A stretch of 63,975 bases of DNA, filler included, from an uncultured bacterium (GTDB lineage Bacteria > Hinthialibacterota > Hinthialibacteria > Hinthialibacterales > Hinthialibacteraceae): assembly GCA_964449065.1 (NCBI GenBank). It is 5 parts of 5 records of this genome, joined end to end, with 100 filler letters (N's around TTAATTAATTAA, not from the genome) between each part and the next. Parts side by side here need not be neighbours in the genome. Positions count along the whole stretch, not along the records: positions 51,428 to 63,975 come from CAYVAZ010000142.1; 4 more parts are not named here. The stretch is one strand, 5' to 3'. Position 1 is the stretch's first letter, and every line of letters starts with the position of its first letter. This document shows, piece by piece, positions 58,534 to 63,975 of this stretch. The position numbers and the translations under genes are program-made. The notes under the pieces were generated by a model. It saw only the letters and a program-made list of their open reading frames with translations. It did no database searches and was not told where the DNA came from.

Positions 58534-58971
58534 CCCTTGACATCCGTAACAAGAAACGGGCACCGAACCCTCATAATCCTGAAAGAATCTAGCGCAGAAG
58601 AAACAAAATGCCGGTGGAGTGGGTCGCGCTTTGTTGACCCACCGGATCATTAATTGGTAACAGTTAAACGAACTCGATTCCTCTTCTGTTTCCTGGAAGA
58701 TATCTTCCTTGGCCAGTGCCATTGACGTAAGGAATCAGTCTAAAATAGCAAAACCTTTTCTCCGCCAAGTTGAAGGAGAGGCCCGCATGGCGGGGGAGAG
58801 TGCGACTACGTGTTATAGAAGCAAATAAGTTTAATCGCTACATCAATGACATTGGGAGTTGGAGGGAGTAGTTTCATAGCGCGCTCCGGTATTTGTTGAT
58901 ATATTGATAACCAATATTAGTGCGACACACGCATTGGTTTACAGTGAATAGCTGCTATCAAAGGAGTCATC

Positions 58972-59226
58972 ATGGAATCGATTTCTTATTCAGCAGTTCG
59001 GTATAAATTGAAGGAAACCATGAATAAAGTGTGCGATGACCGTGAACCGGTTATTATTACCCGTCGGGATGGGGACGCGGTCGTGATGTTATCATTAGAG
59101 GAATACAACGCCTTGGATGAAACAGCCCACCTAACACGCAGCCCCAAAAACCGCAAACGTTTGGAAACAGCATTGTCAGAATTCAACCAAGGAAAGTACG
59201 AAGAAATAAAACTCATTAAATCATAA
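58972..59226 (+). CDS. yefM: Phd/YefM antitoxin
   Basis: ISYSAVR..L...MNKVCDDREPVIITR....AVVMLSLEEYN.L.ETAHL.RSP.N..RL. Confidence 0.92.
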   Translation: MESISYSAVRYKLKETMNKVCDDREPVIITRRDGDAVVMLSLEEYNALDETAHLTRSPKNRKRLETALSEFNQGKYEEIKLIKS

Positions 59227-59481
59227 AACGGCGCATTTGTTTGTAGAGGATGCCTGGCAGGATTATGAGTAATGGCAGGCGGAATACAAACGTGTTCTGA
59301 AACGGATACACGAACGGATTAAAGAGTACAACGCCACCCAACAACCGGTAAAGGCAATCCGGAATGATTGCGAGATAATTTGAAAGGTTGGTGGTCCCGT
59401 CGTATCACTCAAGAACACCGTTCGGTTTACAGTTTTGATAGTGAGTCCATCATCATTATGCAATGCTGATAGCACTATTAA
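59223..59481 (+). pseudogene. yoeB: Txe/YoeB toxin pseudogene
   Basis: F.EDAWQDYE*WQ...KRI..I.E /frameshift/ RHP..GKGNPE*L..NLKGWWSRRITQEHR.VY....IIIMQC**HY. Confidence 0.85.
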
Positions 59482-59530
59482 CAGTAAAACCATGTGGTTG
59501 TGAATAATGCAAACTTCTTTATGAAAACCC

Positions 59531-60661
59531 TCACAGCTTTATAAACACTTTATGCTTAAACAAGAAATACAGCACATACCACTGCGCCGCGGTGACGCCG
59601 ATGCCGTGCAATACTTCGAAGAGTATGATCCAATCAAATGACTGCATCCATCCGAGTGCGAATTCGGTGAAGATGCGCAGATTTTCGTCGATCCAATGAT
59701 AAAACAATTGCGTCATCACATAGGCGAAGATTGAGTTCATCCCGATCACTACCAAAAACCAGCTCCATGATTTGCAGCCCAGCATATCGTTAATATAGTA
59801 GAAAAACGCTAGAAAGAGAATGCACCATCCAGTGGAATACAATCCGAATGATACCGTCCAGATCCGTTTGATCATCGGGCTGATGTCTGTGAAAGCCAAA
59901 AGCCAGCCAACAATAATCAACGCGATAGCGGAAATGATGAAATCAGTAAGAATGGTTATCTTGGGCAGTCCGCTGCCGGCTAACTTTCCGCACATCATCC
60001 CCGCAACAATGGTTGAGAATGAGGGCACGGCGTTGGATATCGCCCACATGCCGCCGTTGATCTCATAGCCGATGATGCCCATTTGATAGAGCCATTGGTC
60101 GATCTTTTGCCCCAGGGTGGTTACCTCATTCGGGGTGCGGTCAAAAGGTGTTTCTCCGCTGAAGGATATCCATAAGATGTGCCATACCACCAGCACGATG
60201 GCTGCTATAGCCCCTTGTGAAAGATAACGCATCCCCACCATGAGTGAGGCAAAGATATAGCATATCGCGATCTGCGGCAGCACATTGATGAGCGTGTTGG
60301 TGACCTCGCCGTTGTGAATCGAAGTAAAGATCACGGCTACAAACCACAGCATAAAGCAGCGTTTAAGCACCAATAAAAAGTTTTTCGATTCGGATATCCC
60401 CAGCGATTTGCGTTTGGCGAACGAGAAGGGCATGGCCATGCCGACCATAAAGGTAAACGCGGGTTGGATGAGGTCCCAATACACGCAGCCTTCCCACTGC
60501 ACGTGGTGGGTATGGACATCAATGATATTGAGCCAAGTGCCTTCGAAGATGCTGAAGTTGAATCCTTCCGAAATCAGTGTAAGCATAATCAGTCCGCGAA
60601 AGGCATCCAGCGAAGTCAGGCGTGTGGTGAGAACATCCGGTTTGGCATCGGTCATGAGCAT
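59531..60661 (-). CDS. Heparan-alpha-glucosaminide N-acetyltransferase-like membrane acyltransferase (DUF5009-like)
   Basis: RLTSLDAFRG, H.QWEG...WDLIQPAF.FMVG, KRIWT.SF, GMNSI.AY. Confidence 0.85.
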   Translation of the reverse strand: MLMTDAKPDVLTTRLTSLDAFRGLIMLTLISEGFNFSIFEGTWLNIIDVHTHHVQWEGCVYWDLIQPAFTFMVGMAMPFSFAKRKSLGISESKNFLLVLKRCFMLWFVAVIFTSIHNGEVTNTLINVLPQIAICYIFASLMVGMRYLSQGAIAAIVLVVWHILWISFSGETPFDRTPNEVTTLGQKIDQWLYQMGIIGYEINGGMWAISNAVPSFSTIVAGMMCGKLAGSGLPKITILTDFIISAIALIIVGWLLAFTDISPMIKRIWTVSFGLYSTGWCILFLAFFYYINDMLGCKSWSWFLVVIGMNSIFAYVMTQLFYHWIDENLRIFTEFALGWMQSFDWIILFEVLHGIGVTAAQWYVLYFLFKHKVFIKL

Positions 60662-60867
60662 CCCTCCTGCATAACAGTCGAATGCCCATCATACAATATT
60701 GGGGAGTGCGTTTATAGTTGTGATGCAAACATTAGCTCGTAGACTATCTCTTATTTACCCGCATGGTTTGGGGGTACAAATGATAATGGAACCCATAACG
60801 ACCTCAACCAATCTGTTCTGTTTTTCATGCATTTAGGAAGGGTGAACGCCCGGTAAGCCGCAAGAAT

Positions 60868-61200
60868 TCATTGCCTTGTTTCCCTCGACAACACCACTGA
60901 TGCCCATTGGTTGATGCTTTTACCGCTTCCTTGCGCGGCAGCCGCTACTGCCGCGTGCAGTTCGGGGGGTACGCGCAGCATCATCTTGCCGGAATACGGT
61001 TGGTTCGGTTCCTGCCCCAGCCGCTTACACGCCTCCAAATAATCATCCACCGCTTGCCGAAAATGGGTTTCCAACTCATCCACCGTCACGCCATGAAACG
61101 ACACAATATCCCGAATGCCGATAACATGCCCCACAAAGATGTTGTCTTGCGCGTCATACTCAACACGTGCTGAATATCCTCTGTAATTCATGGCATTCAT
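60868..61200 (-). CDS. hicB: HicB antitoxin
   Basis: MNYRGYSARVEYD...FVG.V.GI.DIVSFHG.TV.EL...F..AVDDYL...YSGKMMLRVPPELH. Confidence 0.93.
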   Translation of the reverse strand: MNAMNYRGYSARVEYDAQDNIFVGHVIGIRDIVSFHGVTVDELETHFRQAVDDYLEACKRLGQEPNQPYSGKMMLRVPPELHAAVAAAAQGSGKSINQWASVVLSRETRQ

Positions 61201-61451
61201 GGCTCTTCACCCAATTGTTGCAAAAACCGTCTCACATCTTTCACGCGGTATCGCAGGGCCTCTTTTTGTGGGTGAGGCCGGTGAAAGACGGCCCGCAATC
61301 CATCTTTTTCAAACGTCACCGATGAACCGGAACCTTCAATGACCCTGTACCCAATTGCAACCAATTGCGATTCAATCTCTTTTCAAACAATAGTCCCATT
61401 CACAGGTTCAGAAAATATCGCTTCCAACGTTTTACGCTGCTTTCGGTTCAT
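61197..61451 (-). pseudogene. hicA: HicA toxin with an in-frame TGA at codon 23
   Basis: MNRKQRKTLEAIFSEPVNGTIV*KEIES...EGSGSSV......FHRPHPQKEALRYRVK; TGA at 61385-61383, where homologs usually have Trp. Confidence 0.85.
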
Positions 61452-61457
61452 GCCTAA

Positions 61458-61478
61458 TGATATCACAATTCGATATCA
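61458..61478. promoter_or_regulatory. Putative HicB operator
   Basis: TGATATC-N7-GATATCA palindrome immediately upstream of hicA. Confidence 0.65.
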
Positions 61479-61828
61479 TCGCAATTGGAAAAACGAATGA
61501 AAAAACGATGGCATTGGAACTCTTTACTTTAAAAAAAGCATCGTCTGAAAAATGAAGGGTCCCGAAACTGCCTCAACTCATCCTACTCATGGCTAAGATT
61601 GTTGGATAGGTAACAGGATTTTCAAAAACAATAATATTTTAATTTAATGAACGGATATTTTAAATAGAAAAACTTAAGACATAAATAATAATATAATTAA
61701 AAACTTTAGGATATTTCAAATAAAAAAATAGTTTAATATAAACCTAGTATTATGAATACTTTAAAACTTATATTTAAGTTATTCTTTATAAAATAATCAC
61801 TAATTTTTATTTTGTCTTATATTTCGTC

Positions 61829-61857
61829 TTGACAATTTTGTTTTGATGGTGTAGAAT
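61829..61857 (+). promoter_or_regulatory. Sigma70-type promoter
   Basis: TTGACA-N17-TAGAAT with an AT-rich upstream tract. Confidence 0.7.
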
Positions 61858-61926
61858 TTCGATATAAAATAACTGGTAATACTGTATTCCGAAAGTGGAA
61901 CGGTCACACAAAGTAAGGGAATTAAA

Positions 61927-62655
61927 ATGGAAGAGAAAAAATCACCAACAACGCCTTATATGTCTTTTAAAACATTTCAAAATGTACTTGACAGATATGT
62001 TGACCAAGATATTCCATCGCATATTGATAGTTCGCTTTTTCCTAATATGTCAGGTGGCACTTTTTCACAACTAACTGGCACATTAAGGTTTTTTGGATTG
62101 ATAAATGGAAACAATGAGACAAGCAAAGAATTCTTCGGTAATTTAGTTGATCCGAACACGCGTAAAGAAACATTAAAAACGCTTTTGAAGAATCATTATG
62201 AGCCTTTGTTTTCATTCAACTTAAAAACGACTACGCCTAAGGTTTTAAGAGATACTTTTTATGAAAATATGAATGCACCGTCTTCTGTACAAAAAAATGC
62301 GCTCAACTTTTTTGTCCAAGCTGCGCAGTATGCAGGTATTGAGATTTCTCCAAATGTAGTGAAAGGTATACGTAATTTATCTTCATCGACTAAAAAACGT
62401 GTGTCTACAAAGCCTAAAACAAAAAAAGAGAAAAGGGCAAATGAAAAACCAGTAGATAATAGTGATAGTTTTGGTGATTTGAAGGTAATACCAATTCCAT
62501 TAGGAATTAGTAAATATTGGAAAATTGGTATCACAGAAGAGTATAATGATCGTGATTTAGAACTTTTTTTAACTATAGCTAAATCAGTTTTAAAGCAAGA
62601 ATTGGAAAATCAAAATGAAGAATTAGAAGATGAAGAGGATGAGGAAGATATTTAA
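61927..62655 (+). CDS. DUF5343-like hypothetical protein, AT-rich
   Basis: PYMSFKTF..VLD.....IPSHID.S....MSGGT.SQL...LRFFGLI; basic linker and acidic tail. Family assigned from recall. Confidence 0.7.
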   Translation: MEEKKSPTTPYMSFKTFQNVLDRYVDQDIPSHIDSSLFPNMSGGTFSQLTGTLRFFGLINGNNETSKEFFGNLVDPNTRKETLKTLLKNHYEPLFSFNLKTTTPKVLRDTFYENMNAPSSVQKNALNFFVQAAQYAGIEISPNVVKGIRNLSSSTKKRVSTKPKTKKEKRANEKPVDNSDSFGDLKVIPIPLGISKYWKIGITEEYNDRDLELFLTIAKSVLKQELENQNEELEDEEDEEDI

Positions 62656-62690
62656 AAAGCCGCGATTGGTCAGAATCGCGGCTTTTCATT
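62655..62690 (+). terminator. Intrinsic terminator-like hairpin
   Basis: AAAAGCCGCGATT-GGTCAG-AATCGCGGCTTTT. Confidence 0.75.
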
Positions 62691-62763
62691 ACGCCCGTAG
62701 CTTAATGGATAAAGCAACTCTCTTTCGAAGGGTCAATTCCCGGTTCGAGTCCGGGCGGGCGTA
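62691..62763 (+). tRNA. Atypical tRNA, anticodon TTC (Glu), Arg-like body
   Basis: Complete cloverleaf: ACGCCCG/CGGGCGT; D arm GCTT-AATGGATA-AAGC; AC arm ACTCT-CTTTCGA-AGGGT; variable loop CAATT; T arm CCCGG-TTCGAGT-CCGGG; A73; no CCA. Confidence 0.8.
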
Positions 62764-62823
62764 ATTGTATTCTACACTAATTTTTACTTTATGTAACGTA
62801 AAAAATGCATATAAATATAAAAA

Positions 62824-63975
62824 CTACGCCAACAGTTTTTCTATCACATGCCCCGCCACATCCGTCAGGCGANNNNNNNNNNCCCTGAAAGCGGTAGGTT
62901 AGTTGTAAGTGGTCAAGCCCCAGCAGATGCAGGATGGTTGCGTGAATATCGTGCATGTGCACCGGGTCTTTGGTGGGGCTGAAGCCGAATTCATCGGTCT
63001 CACCGATTGTGATTCCCGGTTTGATACCGCCGCCCGCGAACCACATGGTTGAGCATTCGATATGGTGGTTGCGCCCAACGGTATCGCGTACTTCGCCCAT
63101 CGGGGTGCGGCCGAACTCGCCGCCCCATACCACCAGGGTGGAATCCAGCAGCCCGCGCTGTTTTAAATCTTTCACCAACGCGGCGCATCCCTGGTCGATA
63201 TCCTTGCAGACTTCATCCAACGAATCATCCAAGTTTTCCGTGCGGCCGCCGTGGTGGTCCCAGTTGGTATGGTAGAGTTGAATAAAGCGGCTTCCCCGTT
63301 CCACCAGCCTCCGTGCCAATAAGCAGTTGTTGGCAAACGACGGCTCTCCTGGAGTGATACCGTACATTTCCAATGTTTCTTGCGATTCATCCGAAATGTC
63401 TATTAAATCGGGGGCGCTGCTTTGCATCTTGTATGCCATCTCATACGAGGCAATCCGGGTGCTGATTTCTGGGTCGCCGGTTTCCGCCAGATGGCGCAGG
63501 TTGAGTTCTTTGATGGCATCGATGGAGCGCCGCTGCCGTTCCGGTGTGACGCCTTCCGGGTTCTTCAAATATAAGATTGGTTCGCTGCCCTGCCGAAACG
63601 GAACGCCTTGAAAGGTGGTCGGCAAAAAGCCGCTTCCCCATAATGGCGAGCCTCCTCGCGGGCCGCGCGGACCCGATTGCAGAACAACAAAGCCGGGCAA
63701 ATCTTCCGCTTCACTGCCAATGCCATACGTCACCCATGCCCCCATACTCGGTCTGCCGAACTGCTGCGAGCCGGTATTGGCAAACAACTTCGCCGGGGCG
63801 TGGTTGAAGACTTCTGTCTTAACCGTTTTCACAAACGAAATATCATCCACTATTGTTGATGTGTAAGGCAAACATTCCGAAACCCACGCGCCGCTGCTGC
63901 CGTATTGCAGGAACTTCCGGCGGGTTCCCAACAACTTGGGCGTTTCTTTCGCGAAGGAATCCATAAACGCAAATC
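62824..63975 (-). CDS. DUF1501 domain protein (5' end outside the window; 10-N gap near the 3' end)
   Basis: NHAPA, GRPSMGAWV.YG.G, CLLARRLVERG.RF, WDHH, WGGEFGRTP, RLTDVAG..IEKLLA*. Confidence 0.92.

Noticed and set aside
18925..61451. TGA at conserved Trp positions in two toxins as evidence of stop-codon reassignment
   Set aside because: Many ordinary genes here end in TGA (for example 124-1035 and 1657-2946) and use TGG for Trp. yoeB also has TAA/TAG stops and a frameshift. Simple nonsense mutation is more parsimonious.
62789..62882. C-terminal tail SPDGCGG... of the DUF1501 ORF as a real frameshift
   Set aside because: This is an artefact of the 10-N gap; the true end RLTDVAGHVIEKLLA stops at 62824 in another frame.
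301..63866. Numerous antisense and alternate-frame ORFs in the track (for example 1633-2364, 48137-48799, 19322-19927) and ORFs inside repeats (31229-31706, 49370-49630)
   Set aside because: They are shadows of well-supported genes or translations of palindromic repeats, with no motifs or RBS support.
1..63975. CRISPR array or integron attC array
   Set aside because: No regularly spaced identical repeats with unique spacers, no cas or intI gene, and no convincing RYYYAAC..GTTRRRY sites around the TA modules.

Overview
Bacterial draft or metagenome-assembled sequence made of five unrelated contigs of about 12.6-13 kb. They are joined by N-TTAATTAATTAA-N spacers (13039-13138, 25849-25948, 38594-38693, 51328-51427), and there are three small scaffold gaps. 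Gene content suggests a diderm, PVC-like heterotroph: Tat-exported oxidoreductases, a sulfatase, DUF1501, PhoD, ThuA, GH3 and four paralogous prepilin-like proteins with an ...AIAVPNFLNAQ... N-terminus. A Hinthialibacterota (OLB16) or Sumerlaeota-like lineage is my inference, not a verified assignment. Ordinary content includes a MacAB-TolC-type exporter, a Tol-like operon, hemH, bshB1, asnB, rmlC and rmlD-like genes, and TetR-OsmC and MarR units with visible operators. The most notable signals are: (1) an atypical tRNA with a Glu (TTC) anticodon on an Arg-like body behind an AT-rich DUF5343-like gene; (2) eight toxin-antitoxin loci, four with a broken toxin and one with no toxin, while every antitoxin is intact; (3) a TA module flanked by a 38-bp duplication of a host gene 3' end; (4) several MITE/REP families, including a 143-bp structured repeat with wobble-compatible substitutions; (5) an ECF sigma / anti-sigma / secretin-N-like triplet with back-to-back ECF promoters shared with the exporter; (6) a 1254-aa metzincin-like protein with inserted beta-propellers, a substituted third zinc ligand and a possible C-terminal sorting motif. 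No CRISPR array, rRNA or intact transposase was seen.
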